A DNA stretch of 64,000 bases from Sedimentisphaerales bacterium (GTDB taxonomy: Bacteria > Planctomycetota > Phycisphaerae > Sedimentisphaerales > SM23-30). The stretch is taken from assembly GCA_963666285.1 (NCBI GenBank), contig OY762711.1. One strand, written 5' to 3'. The first letter of the stretch is position 1. Each line of letters starts with the position of its first letter. Below are positions 49,658-60,906 of this stretch, piece by piece. The notes beneath the pieces were generated by a model. It was not told the origin of the DNA. It did no database searches and was given only the letters and a program-made list of their open reading frames with translations. The position numbers and the translations under genes are program-made.

Positions 49658-50584
49658 CTAGTCTTGTGTTATAGTTTTAATTGTAGATTCCGGTCCTTCA
49701 ATCATTAACTGATAAGGCGGAGTATTTTTATCAAGAATAACCGTCGTTCGTTCGTTCAATGTTTTACGTAATGTTTCCAGGCGACGCAGGAAGTTTGCCA
49801 GTTCCTGATTCTGCAGAAATGCCGAATAGTATTCAGCGGCACGAGCATCACCTTCACCGCGAATCTTTTTGGCTTCAGCTTCGGCTTTTGCTTTAATAAT
49901 AGTAGCCTGACTTTCGGCATCACCCTTTAAGGTCTTGGCGTATTTTTCACCTTGACTCATCAGTTCGGTCACTACCGCATTACGATCGGCAATCATACGT
50001 TCAAATACAGATTGGGTAACATTGTCAGGTACGCCTAAACGACTGATACCGACATCGACAATCTCGACACCATAATTATCACTCTGCATGGCTTCCTGAA
50101 CTCGAGAGAACATATTTTTTTCCAGGTCATCCAGACGGAACTTGCTGTGATCCAGAGTTATAAGTTCTCCGAAATTATATTCGGCGAAAAGGTTGTATGT
50201 CCGATCTTTCCAGATTTCCTGTAATTTCTCTTCGGCATTATAAACCACATCAGAATTACCCGTGCGATATTTATTATAAAAAGATTTCGGGTCGGAAATA
50301 CGCCAGTTAACATATACAGAAGCAATAACGCTTTGTTTGTCAAGAGTCTGGGTCTGATAGTTAGGCATAGCAAGAGTTCGTACCCGGCTGTCAAATTTGA
50401 CAACCTTATTAATAGGAGCCGGCCATTTGAATTTCAGGCCCGGTTCTTTGACAACATCCTGGATTTTACCAAATTTCAGCAACAGCGCCTTTTCCTGGTA
50501 ATTAACGGTATAGGTAACCGCGTAGATTAATAAGATCGCAACAATAATCATTGCTAATAGTACAATACCCAAATGTTTTTTCAC
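49658..50584 (-). CDS. HflC-like SPFH protein
   Basis: TM, KFGK..EPGLKFKWP, WRISDP, FERMIADR, IRGEGDA.AA. Confidence 0.9.
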   Translation of the reverse strand: MKKHLGIVLLAMIIVAILLIYAVTYTVNYQEKALLLKFGKIQDVVKEPGLKFKWPAPINKVVKFDSRVRTLAMPNYQTQTLDKQSVIASVYVNWRISDPKSFYNKYRTGNSDVVYNAEEKLQEIWKDRTYNLFAEYNFGELITLDHSKFRLDDLEKNMFSRVQEAMQSDNYGVEIVDVGISRLGVPDNVTQSVFERMIADRNAVVTELMSQGEKYAKTLKGDAESQATIIKAKAEAEAKKIRGEGDARAAEYYSAFLQNQELANFLRRLETLRKTLNERTTVILDKNTPPYQLMIEGPESTIKTITQD

Positions 50585-50647
50585 GATTGTATCTCCTGTT
50601 ATATTACAAGGTAGTAAACCAGCTATTATCCGGTAGTATAATTACAA

Positions 50648-52618
50648 CTAATTCTGCCCTTCGGCATTTTCCTGTTTATTTTCAAGGCCCAACCCTTCAA
50701 AGAGGTCGGGTTTGAGGTTTTCCTTCAAGTCGAACTCATATACCCAATCATCAACATTATCAGAAGCAATAAGGTATTTTCTCATTTTCGCCATATATTC
50801 ATCCTGGACAGCGAGATATTCACGCCAGAGGTAGACACTTTCTCCTTTTTCGAAAGCTTCAACCTGCTTTGCAAAACGCTCGGCATCAGCGTGAGCGAGC
50901 TGTTCGCGTTCATCCTTATAGGCATCAGCCATGGCAAGGTTGACCGCCGCATCAGCTTCAGCATCATAAACCGCTTTATGGGTTTGGCCCTGGGCCTGTA
51001 AAATTTTGGTCTGTTTTTGCTGCAGAGCAGAAATAACCTTTTCGAAAGCCTCTGCCACTTTTATCGGCGGATGAACAGATTTTATGCCTACATAATCGAC
51101 ACTAACACCAACATCACACTTGGCAAAGCTTTCAACAATTTCAGCCTTTAGCATCTGTGCAGTTTCATACCGGCCCGGCCCGAGCAGCTGTTCGATATCG
51201 TTTTGACTGCAATAATGGAAAACAGTTCTTTCGCAAAGCTTCCGAATCACATCTCCCGGATTTATAAAACTACCCTCTTTATAGGCGAATTTTTCAACAT
51301 TTGATATTCTATATTGAACATCAACCGCAAAAACAAGCTTATCGAACAGATTATTAACGGCACCTTCGCTATCGGCTTCTATCCCGGCTTTTTTAGCCGG
51401 AACCAGAAACGGATATTCAGCTTTCCAATGTTCCTTAGTCCATAAAACCGGAGTAGTATCATGAACAGCATTTCCTAATATATCAAATTGAGGATCATTT
51501 TTTTCATATCCAATGCTTATGCTCTGAACCTGTTCAACAGGGAACATTCTGACGGTATCAATCGGATATGGAAACTTGACATGTAATCCAGATTCCCAAG
51601 GATCACTAAGGTTAGTAGGTGCTCCCCAACGTTCGCAAACTCCCTGATAACCAGTCGGCACAATAGCAAAACAAGTCATAAGATATAGAACTGCTGCCTG
51701 GATAAGAACCAGCATAACGATGTATTTTTCGAGAAGGCGGTAAAACCAGGTTTCAGAAACCTTAAAGCCAAACTGATAATCCAAAGCATGAGAAGCGGTA
51801 CGGAACAAACCGCCAGGTTCGCTAAACAAACCTAGCAGGCGAGATTCAAAGGCAGCACGCTGATACTGGCCTTTGATACGAGGTCTGAAAAAGTCCATCG
51901 TAACATTCAGGGCATATTCAATACCAAGCACAAACATTATTATTACCAGAACTTTTCCCGCAATAATAAGCGGCTTGTAATATCCGAATGATGTCGCTGT
52001 TAGGGTGGCAGCAACAGCCAGGGCCACCAAGGTACATCCTATCAGAAACCCGCCACCGGCACGCAGAGGCCTCCATTCATCCTGGCGACTCATCCCCACT
52101 GTATAGCAAGCAAATAAGAAGCTGACAATGCTCATACCGGCAAAAACGACAATTGTTTTGCCTAGAGCCATGCCTTTAACAAGAGGCATATCACCTGCAA
52201 CAGTAATTGTAATATCTTTCACAATTGCCCATTGCCAGAGACTAATCCCAATCATATATACCGTAACAATAGCAGCGGCAATCGGCAGCAGCCATCTCTC
52301 GATCCAATCGAGACGTTTCTGCTGGATCATCATTTCTTTTTCGATATCACCTTCAAAAACAGAGGCTCCGCGTCCTTCCTTTTTGAGTCGCTGATATTCC
52401 CTGGCTTCAAATTTTTCTTCTTCTGCCAAACGTCGCTGACGGAACTGGATAATCAGAACGGCCCAAATAGGAATCCCGCCAAGATATAGCCATCCAACAA
52501 CGCCTGCTGCCCTGCTTCCACTGAATTTGTCAAAAAACAAGGCTAATAAAAAGAAAATCAGGTGCAAGATTAATGCTACAATTGAAAGATTTTCTGCTCT
52601 TTTAGGTGATAACTTCAT
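50648..52618 (-). CDS. SPFH (HflK-like) protein with multi-TM N-terminal domain
   Basis: Several TM helices in the first about 320 aa, then GLHVKFPYP, VQYRI, VHPP..VA.AFE.V. Confidence 0.85.
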   Translation of the reverse strand: MKLSPKRAENLSIVALILHLIFFLLALFFDKFSGSRAAGVVGWLYLGGIPIWAVLIIQFRQRRLAEEEKFEAREYQRLKKEGRGASVFEGDIEKEMMIQQKRLDWIERWLLPIAAAIVTVYMIGISLWQWAIVKDITITVAGDMPLVKGMALGKTIVVFAGMSIVSFLFACYTVGMSRQDEWRPLRAGGGFLIGCTLVALAVAATLTATSFGYYKPLIIAGKVLVIIMFVLGIEYALNVTMDFFRPRIKGQYQRAAFESRLLGLFSEPGGLFRTASHALDYQFGFKVSETWFYRLLEKYIVMLVLIQAAVLYLMTCFAIVPTGYQGVCERWGAPTNLSDPWESGLHVKFPYPIDTVRMFPVEQVQSISIGYEKNDPQFDILGNAVHDTTPVLWTKEHWKAEYPFLVPAKKAGIEADSEGAVNNLFDKLVFAVDVQYRISNVEKFAYKEGSFINPGDVIRKLCERTVFHYCSQNDIEQLLGPGRYETAQMLKAEIVESFAKCDVGVSVDYVGIKSVHPPIKVAEAFEKVISALQQKQTKILQAQGQTHKAVYDAEADAAVNLAMADAYKDEREQLAHADAERFAKQVEAFEKGESVYLWREYLAVQDEYMAKMRKYLIASDNVDDWVYEFDLKENLKPDLFEGLGLENKQENAEGQN

Positions 52619-52683
52619 TCGTCAACCTTACATGTAAAAATTAACTTATAGTGCGGTTTATGCTTCGCATCATATGCATGTCG

Positions 52684-52853
52684 CACTTTTGACTGTTCAA
52701 CATTATACGCAAAGGCCGGAACAGGGCCTTGTGAATGAAAAACTTTATATTTAATTGTATTTTCGAGCTATTTCTCGAAAGTATATTTAATTCAAAACGC
52801 TGCAGGAAGGCCCTTTTAGGCGATTTTTGCAACTTAAAAACTGCAAAAGTAAA
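52684..52853. repeat. Dispersed structured repeat of about 170 bp, copy 1
   Basis: Highly similar to 59028-59216. Confidence 0.9.
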
Positions 52854-53240
52854 AACTTATATATAAAACATTCAATCTAAATCGAGATTGATCTATTGCT
52901 AAAAATGCAAACAATCAGGGCTGCCCCCTCTCCTCCGAAAATTATCGGTCCATTAACCGACAAAAAAGACTTATACACTACGCAATAATATCGAGTTACG
53001 TTCTAAGATTTCCTAAATATTATTAATTATTTTACCAATACTTAAGAGCGAATTTGAAACTCTGGAAGCCCCATGGCAGCCACAACAAACGTAAGATGCT
53101 TTGATAGCTTAACTTAGATTAAAACAGGCTGTAGTAAATGGCAATTAGCTACACAAATCCATGTATATTATCAATACTGAAAATCATTAACATAAATAAG
53201 GTATAATTTGTCACACTTTCCCGGAAAGGTAGGCCCAAAT

Positions 53241-53927
53241 TTATTTGATTTGCTTTTTAATTATGCCATAAGGCCTGGGAAAAGCTACGGGGCTGCGAAA
53301 CTGCTTGACTGTTTTAATGATACAATAATCAATATCATTTTCATCCTGGTCCGGCAACGAATACGCAATCTGGTCTGGTTTGTCGCCTCCAAGCTGCTTA
53401 ATAACTTTCTCGGCTAACGGCATCTCTTCAATCACTTTGGGACCTTTCCAGGCCAAAAACATGCCAGAGATCATTAGAAATGGTAATGCAAGCTCAGAAA
53501 TCAAAGCCAGGTGGCCAACAGCGCGAGCAGTAACAATGTCGAATTTTTCCCGATATTTGAAGTTATGAGCCAATTCTTCTGCCCGACCATTTATCGCCTC
53601 AAAATTTGTCAATTCCAGTTCCTTAGCAGCCAATTGCTGGAATTTGACTTTTTTCCCGGTAGCTTCCAAAGAGATAAAATCCCAGTTATCAAGCATTATT
53701 GCCAAAGCTAGAGACGGGAAACCTGCGCCAGAACCAATATCAAGCAGTTTTGGCCTGTAATTAAATTTTGAGGCATAATCCTCAAGAAGTTCCAAAACAA
53801 TTAATGAATCCTCGAAGTGCCTGATTTCAATCTGGTCAGGATCAACTATCCGAGTCAGATTATATTTTGCATTTTCAGTAATCAGCAATTCGCATAGCCG
53901 ATCGATTTTATCCTGTTTATCTGTCAT
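53241..53927 (-). CDS. rsmG: 16S rRNA m7G527 methyltransferase
   Basis: NLTRI, HFEDSL, DIGSGAGFP, GRAEE, TARAV; likely start MTDKQ at 53927. Confidence 0.95.
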   Translation of the reverse strand: MTDKQDKIDRLCELLITENAKYNLTRIVDPDQIEIRHFEDSLIVLELLEDYASKFNYRPKLLDIGSGAGFPSLALAIMLDNWDFISLEATGKKVKFQQLAAKELELTNFEAINGRAEELAHNFKYREKFDIVTARAVGHLALISELALPFLMISGMFLAWKGPKVIEEMPLAEKVIKQLGGDKPDQIAYSLPDQDENDIDYCIIKTVKQFRSPVAFPRPYGIIKKQIK

Positions 53928-54011
53928 ATTCAGAAATGATAAGCTAAAGGAAGCAAAAAATCCAAAGCTAATGCCTAAGTACAAAATATAATCATGAAAT
54001 TATAATTTCAG

Positions 54012-54185
54012 TTATACTTCCTCTTTGGCAATTTCATTCTCATGCTTTGCCCATTCAATATCATCTTTTCCTATCGCATCATCACCTTTATTCCAGTTGA
54101 CAATACCATAAACAACGCACAATAAAGCACTTAAAGGACAAAGAATATAACAGATGCCAACCCATTTATCTTCAAAACCAAGCAT
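54012..54185 (-). CDS. 57-aa single-TM protein, symporter small accessory protein-like (below the ORF-track cutoff)
   Basis: MLGFEDKWVGICYILCPLSALLCVVYGIVNWNKGDD...EEV*; GAGGTG SD just upstream. Confidence 0.8.
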   Translation of the reverse strand: MLGFEDKWVGICYILCPLSALLCVVYGIVNWNKGDDAIGKDDIEWAKHENEIAKEEV

Positions 54186-54420
54186 ATGCACCTCGAAAAC
54201 AGATATAACTATAAAGAAATTATTGACTTATGTTCACTATTATATCTTTATAATCAGGTATATTCCAGTTTAAAAATAACGATATCTGATTGATTTATAA
54301 CTCCCTGCAATTTATTATATTAGTGAAAATAGTAGTATCAGCCATCAAGAATTTATATATCTTCAACTGTCTGGATAATTGAATAGATAAAGCATCGAAC
54401 CACCGCATAATATATACAAA

Positions 54421-56361
54421 ATGGAAATACAAATACCGGAATTAGAATATAACACCGTTTATATGAAGAACATGGAAGTTCTGTGGCGTGAAAACCCTGA
54501 CCTGGCCAGGTTAATTGACAGTGTCCCAGATGAAAAGCTTATTGAGTGCGAACGAACCAAAAACGGCGAATTTACCTGTCGGCTGCCGGGTGATAACGGA
54601 AAACTTCTATACCTGCACAGCCGCTATGACCCCACAAAAGAAGCCGAAAAATGGGCTGACGGCGTTATGGAAACCGCAAGACTTCAGCAGGAAAAAAATG
54701 ACGGCCGTATTTCAATGTGCTATGTTATTGACGGTTTTGGGTTAGGCTACCATGTTGAAGCTTTACATAAAAGACTCAAAGGAGAAATTTACTTTGTTAT
54801 AAGCGAAAACAATCTCGCATTAATAAGAACAGCATTAGCCTTGCGAGATCTATCTGAAATACTTAAAGATAACAAGATAATATTTATAACAAGGAATGAT
54901 CGAGATGAGATATTTAAGCGGCTATACGACATCGGCATCCTGATCACATTGGGTATAGTATTCACCAAAAGCATGCAAACGGTCGGCTATCAATATCATA
55001 ACAGTATCCATACCGCATTAAATGAGTTTGTCTCCTTCCTGCGCAGTCACACAATAAGTGTTTTAGCAAATAGTATTACAACTTGTACCAATATTGCCAA
55101 CAATCTGCGTGCATATGTAGAATGCGGATCGGTTAACATTTTAAAGAACAGGTTTAAAGGCTATCCGGCAGTAGTGGTATCAGCCGGTCCTTCGCTGCAG
55201 AAAAATATTGAAATACTAAAAAAGATTCGCAGCCGAGTAGTGGTAATTGCAGTACAGACAACTTTGAAACCATTATTAGCAAAAGGAATCAAGCCGGACT
55301 TTGTAACTTCACTGGACTATCACGAAATAAGCAAACGCTTTTATGAAGGTCTTCAAGATCAATTATCAGATATTCATTTAGTAGCTGAGCCAAAGGTAAG
55401 CTGGCATGTGATCGATAAATATATCGGAAAGGGCCCGATATCAATTCTCGGAAATGAATTTGCAAACCTGCTGCTTATGGATCAACCATCAAAACACGAC
55501 ACTATCCCTGCCGGTGCAACCGTAGCCCACCTTGCCTTTTACCTGGGGCAATATATGGGATGTGACCCGGTTATATTCATCGGTCAGGATCTAGGCTATA
55601 GTAATAACGTTTATTACAGCCCGGGTAATGCCGTTCATGAAGTATGGCGTCCGGAGATGAATAGATTTTATACAATTGAAATGAAAGAGTGGGAAAGAAT
55701 TCTTCGCAGCCGTAATATGCTGCGAAAAGTAGAAGATATCTACGGAAATCCCATATATACTGATGAACAGATGTTTACTTATCTTCAGCAGTTTGAAAAA
55801 GACTTTGCCGCCTCACCAGTTAAAGTCATCGACGCAACTGAAGGTGGAGTTAAAAAACAATATTCAGAAATAATGACTCTACAGGAAGCGGCAGAGCAAT
55901 ACTGTACCAGGGAAATAGATAAGACAAAATTTGAATACAGAAAACAAATCAGTAACTTCAACCAGGAAGCGAAAGATGGGGCACTAAAACAGTTACAAAA
56001 ACGCAAAGAAGACATTCAAGAACTAGCTGATATATCTGACAAAACAGTAGTCCTGGTGAACAAAATGCTGAATGATATTGAAAATCAGGATTATGTTAAC
56101 AAGTTAATGATCGAGCTGGATGAGCTTCGCAGTAAAGTACGTCACCGAGAACGAATTTACGAACTAGTCAGATCGGTCAGCCAGATGGCAGAATATTACC
56201 GTTTCCGCGCCGACCGCGAACTAAAGGTACTTGGTAAAGACGGAATTGAAAAACAAAAGCATCAGCTGCAGCGTGATATAGGTTATGTCTCAGAGATAAG
56301 AAAGGGATGTGATACAATTATCAAAATAATAGATGGAGCTATCGAAAGGTTTAATGACTAA
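54421..56361 (+). CDS. Motility-associated factor (Maf/DUF115) glycosyltransferase-like protein
   Basis: LHSRYDP.KEA, GFGLGY, VSAGPSLQKN, PDFV, IFIGQDL, IDATEGG. Confidence 0.88.
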   Translation: MEIQIPELEYNTVYMKNMEVLWRENPDLARLIDSVPDEKLIECERTKNGEFTCRLPGDNGKLLYLHSRYDPTKEAEKWADGVMETARLQQEKNDGRISMCYVIDGFGLGYHVEALHKRLKGEIYFVISENNLALIRTALALRDLSEILKDNKIIFITRNDRDEIFKRLYDIGILITLGIVFTKSMQTVGYQYHNSIHTALNEFVSFLRSHTISVLANSITTCTNIANNLRAYVECGSVNILKNRFKGYPAVVVSAGPSLQKNIEILKKIRSRVVVIAVQTTLKPLLAKGIKPDFVTSLDYHEISKRFYEGLQDQLSDIHLVAEPKVSWHVIDKYIGKGPISILGNEFANLLLMDQPSKHDTIPAGATVAHLAFYLGQYMGCDPVIFIGQDLGYSNNVYYSPGNAVHEVWRPEMNRFYTIEMKEWERILRSRNMLRKVEDIYGNPIYTDEQMFTYLQQFEKDFAASPVKVIDATEGGVKKQYSEIMTLQEAAEQYCTREIDKTKFEYRKQISNFNQEAKDGALKQLQKRKEDIQELADISDKTVVLVNKMLNDIENQDYVNKLMIELDELRSKVRHRERIYELVRSVSQMAEYYRFRADRELKVLGKDGIEKQKHQLQRDIGYVSEIRKGCDTIIKIIDGAIERFND

Positions 56362-56741
56362 ATCCCCATTCGTTAATCACCAGAAATCAAATAGCAATAA
56401 GTTAGCGAAAACAGGTCCCATAAACAGCTCGGCAACAATTATTATTTACACCTGTTTCATTTATATAATTCTTATTAATTTACCAGAGTTTATCAAAGAC
56501 AGCCATAAAGAGTTTATCGATAGAAGTTTACGTACACAAATTCGTTGAATGCCAGCTGTTCCGCTATATTTAAATCACAAACTATATAACTATAAATATT
56601 CCTTTGAACAGAAAAGCAATATTATTATAAACACAAGATGTTTTTGTGCCGAAGACCGGGATATAAGAATAAGAAATGAAAGTTTATTTATTGGACTTTC
56701 GATACTATAACTATAACCTTTTCTATAATTCAGGTGATTCA

Positions 56742-57680
56742 ATGGAAAAAGGAATATTACTAGAAGCCGGCACAAATGAATTAGAAGTACTAGTTTTCAA
56801 AGTTGGAAAAACTCCATTTGGCATTAACGTTGCTAAAATTCGTGAGATAATTCAACGTCAGCAGACGATCAATATACCTAATGCACCACATAGTGTTGAA
56901 GGCAGCATCAAACTGCGTGAAGAAGTTCTTTCGCTAATAAACCTGGGTGACTATTTCGGCGTTCAAGGCGAAGAAACGACACGAGGCGGAGGCATGACTA
57001 TCGTGGTTGAGTTTAACAATCTACGATGCGGCGTCTTGGTAGACACCGTTGAACGCATACACAGGTTAAGCTGGAGTGATATAAAGACACCATCAGAATA
57101 CTTACAGAGAATGAAGGCTCCTATTACCGGTACTGTAAACCTATCAGATCAAACGATACTTATTGTAGACTTTGAAACAGTAATCAGTGAAGTGCTCGGA
57201 GTAAATTGCGCCGAAGATACCGAAGAAGTACAGGTTAGAAATGAAGTTTCTACTCAAGATGTACGCATAGTAATGGCAGACGATTCCACCATTATTCGCA
57301 AGACAGTCGAAAGAGTATTGCGAAAGCACAATTTCAATAATCTAACTATATTCCACGACGGCCAGGAAGTATGGGAGTATATGCAGCATCATTACGATGA
57401 CGAATCCGGGCCTTGCGACCTTGTAGTTACAGATATAGAAATGCCGGGTATGGATGGTCTGCATTTGACAAAAAATATCAAAGATGACCCCAGGCTTAAA
57501 AACATTCCGGTTATCCTGTTCTCCTCTTTGATAAATGCTGATAATATCAAAAAAGGTCAGTCTGTTGGAGCAGACGCTCAGGTAAGTAAGCCAAACAGTT
57601 CAGAAATGATCTCTACTATTTACGACTGCCTGGAGAAAAGAGGCGTTCGCTGTACAGATCAGGAAGCTGCACTGGCATAA
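56742..57680 (+). CDS. cheV: Chemotaxis protein CheV (CheW + receiver)
   Basis: EAGTNELEVL, GINVAKIRE, ADDS, TDIEMPGMDG, FSSL; start MEKG at 56742. Confidence 0.93.
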   Translation: MEKGILLEAGTNELEVLVFKVGKTPFGINVAKIREIIQRQQTINIPNAPHSVEGSIKLREEVLSLINLGDYFGVQGEETTRGGGMTIVVEFNNLRCGVLVDTVERIHRLSWSDIKTPSEYLQRMKAPITGTVNLSDQTILIVDFETVISEVLGVNCAEDTEEVQVRNEVSTQDVRIVMADDSTIIRKTVERVLRKHNFNNLTIFHDGQEVWEYMQHHYDDESGPCDLVVTDIEMPGMDGLHLTKNIKDDPRLKNIPVILFSSLINADNIKKGQSVGADAQVSKPNSSEMISTIYDCLEKRGVRCTDQEAALA

Positions 57681-57854
57681 CAGTCATAACTGCCATAAAC
57701 CATACTTTTCTGGAAAAAAAACATAAAAATATAAAATATATTATAAAGCCCGACTGATAACCAGTCGATTATATAAGTGCAAAAGCAAACAACTTTCATA
57801 CAGTCATAAAAGGCATAATGTAACCCATGTGCCTTTTTGGCTTTTAAAGAAACA

Positions 57855-57897
57855 ATAAAAATAACCCCCGGCTTCATGTGCCGAGGGTTTTTTATTT
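57855..57897. terminator. Probable bidirectional terminator between convergent genes
   Basis: AACCCCCGGC/GCCGAGGGTT stem with A-rich left and T-rich right flanks. Confidence 0.65.
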
Positions 57898-58003
57898 ATC
57901 AGGAAATATTATGCGATCTATCTGGCTCAGATATGATTTAAGAAAAAAGACTATTCACACTATAAAAAAACAGGTTCACCATATGGTGAACCTGTTTAAG
58001 TTT

Positions 58004-58261
58004 TTACTTAGCATGGAAAAATCTCTGATCAGTACCGCCTGGTCCAATGGCAACTTTTACCAGCCGCAAACACTTTGGGCACCGTCCTTCATAATGAGTA
58101 CCAGCTTTATTTTTATAAATATGCTGATAGACACCACAGCAATCAAACATTACATAAAGACACTTCTTATCTTTGTTGTCTTTAGTTTCATGTGGAATTT
58201 GTAGTTGATCATTTTCAACCGGCAGTCCATTGATATCAAGAATGTAATCAGGATCTTCCAT
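58004..58261 (-). CDS. Small putative zinc-ribbon protein
   Basis: FDCCGVY...YEGRCPKC...RFF pattern. Confidence 0.65.
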   Translation of the reverse strand: MEDPDYILDINGLPVENDQLQIPHETKDNKDKKCLYVMFDCCGVYQHIYKNKAGTHYEGRCPKCLRLVKVAIGPGGTDQRFFHAK

Positions 58262-58267
58262 TTTTTA

Positions 58268-58942
58268 TTATAAAGGTCTAACTTTTAAATCTTTGAAATA
58301 GACAACGCTTTTGGGGTCATGTCCCTGCAGGCAAAATGTTCCACTTGAAAGTTTTCTACCAGGCCAGCCAGGAAAAGACACATCATCAGGCTCGGTATAA
58401 TCGACCACTGTCTGACCGTTAATTTCAACAGTAACATGTTTGCCTTTAACGACGATACGATGAGTATACCATTCATTATCTTTTGCCGGAGGATTACTAA
58501 CTTTAGCAGCATCATAAAGACCACCAGATTTCTGCGGATCAGGATGTGAAATATTAACCTGGCTTTCATAACCATTGGCCGGCCAACCCTGGTCCTGATA
58601 TTTTGTATGGAAATAAATTCCTGAGTTTGATCCAGGGGTAGTCATAACTGAAGCGACAAACTCGAAATCCTTGAATTCAACATTGCCACCATCGCCAACA
58701 TAGAACAAGTGACAGCGACCATTTGATACTTTGATTGTTCCATTTTCTACACTAAAACAACCTTCCTTCTCATTGGCCTTCCATCCGGTCAAATCCTTGC
58801 CGTTGAACATTGAAATCCACTTGACGCTGTCTTCCCTGGTGCAAGAAGAATTGTCACAAGATTTCTGATCACAAGAATCACAGCAGCCAGAAATAAATGA
58901 AACAACAAATAACAATAGAATAACTAAACAAAACTTCTTCAT
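58268..58942 (-). CDS. DUF1080 (3-keto-disaccharide hydrolase-like) lipoprotein
   Basis: Lipobox ISGC, FNGKDLTGW, NSGIYF, YESQ, LQGHD; GGAG SD before MKKF. Confidence 0.88.
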   Translation of the reverse strand: MKKFCLVILLLFVVSFISGCCDSCDQKSCDNSSCTREDSVKWISMFNGKDLTGWKANEKEGCFSVENGTIKVSNGRCHLFYVGDGGNVEFKDFEFVASVMTTPGSNSGIYFHTKYQDQGWPANGYESQVNISHPDPQKSGGLYDAAKVSNPPAKDNEWYTHRIVVKGKHVTVEINGQTVVDYTEPDDVSFPGWPGRKLSSGTFCLQGHDPKSVVYFKDLKVRPL

Positions 58943-59027
58943 TAAATACTCCAATCGATAAAAAGAGAAATTAAAACATATACTTAATTTAATTCAATTT
59001 GTTAATAACAAATTATTTGTACGGTAT

Positions 59028-59216
59028 CACATTTTTGATTGTTCAACATTACACGCAAAAGCCGAAACAGGGCCTTGTGAATGAAAAACTTTATATTTAA
59101 AAGTATTTCCGAGCTAATTCTCGAAAGTACATTTAATTCAAAGCGTTGCAGGAAGCCATTTTAGGCGATTTACCAAAGGCACTTCGTTATTGCAACTTAA
59201 AAACTGCGAAAGTAAA
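59028..59216. repeat. Dispersed structured repeat, copy 2 (with an insertion of about 18 nt)
   Basis: Same orientation and sequence blocks as 52684-52853. Confidence 0.9.
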
Positions 59217-59302
59217 CTATTTTTGTCATCAAGCTATTATCAGAATCAGTAACTACACATAGATTATAAATTGCTATTAGCAATACTTAAACTTTATTGA
59301 TG

Positions 59303-60331
<1,029 letters not shown>

Positions 60332-60481
60332 TTACGAGATATAAGCCCATTTTTCCAGAATATTCCTGCCTTACGGCCCAAGACAGCAAATAATTACTGC
60401 ATTTTCATAACGATTATAACAGCAATATTAATAATAATACTCTCCCTATATGCATACTACACTGGATAGTAGTTGAGGTTC

Positions 60482-60536
60482 TTGACAAAAGGTAAAAGAT
60501 GTTATATAATACTATGTGAGCATATTGTATTATAGT
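60482..60536 (+). promoter_or_regulatory. Consensus sigma70 promoter and probable ArsR operator
   Basis: TTGACA (60482-60487), 17-nt spacer, TATAAT (60505-60510), then the imperfect inverted repeat ACTAT...ATAGT (60511-60536). Confidence 0.75.
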
Positions 60537-60570
60537 AACTAAATATAAAAAGACATAACAAACCTAAACT

Positions 60571-60900
60571 ATGAATGATAAAGAACTTAAGATATTTAAA
60601 ATGCGTGCAGATATTGCCCAGGGCATAGGGCATCCAATAAGAATGGCAATAATTGACTTTCTCAAGGATGGTGAAAAATGCGTCTGCGAAATAAGTGAAA
60701 GGCTAAGCTCGCAAAGGTCAAACATATCCAGGCATTTGTCGGTACTACAAAAAGCCGGTTTAATCTCGGGTCGCAAAGACGGGCTTTGGATGAGATATTC
60801 CTTGTCTCATCCGGAACTGGATTGCTTAATTAGCTGCGTAGACAACATTGTTAGAAAGAAACTCAATGAAGATTTACAAGTACTGGAAAAACTGGGGTAA
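60571..60900 (+). CDS. ArsR/SmtB-family repressor
   Basis: HPIRMAI, EKCVCEI, SNISRHLSVL, W.RYSL. Confidence 0.92.
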   Translation: MNDKELKIFKMRADIAQGIGHPIRMAIIDFLKDGEKCVCEISERLSSQRSNISRHLSVLQKAGLISGRKDGLWMRYSLSHPELDCLISCVDNIVRKKLNEDLQVLEKLG

Positions 60901-60906
60901 ATAATT

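Noticed and set aside
52700..52735. c-di-GMP-I riboswitch (ACGCAAAG..GGCC similarity)
   Set aside because: Lacks the upstream GGCAAA/GAAA P1 arm and is on the strand opposite to the downstream gene.
52975..53010. dif-like site (CGCAATAA...TTACGTT)
   Set aside because: Arm and spacer lengths do not fit the 11-6-11 XerC/D layout.
56625..56660. Sigma28 promoter for cheV (TAAA...GCCGAAGA)
   Set aside because: Spacing is one base off consensus and the -10 match is imperfect; too weak to call.
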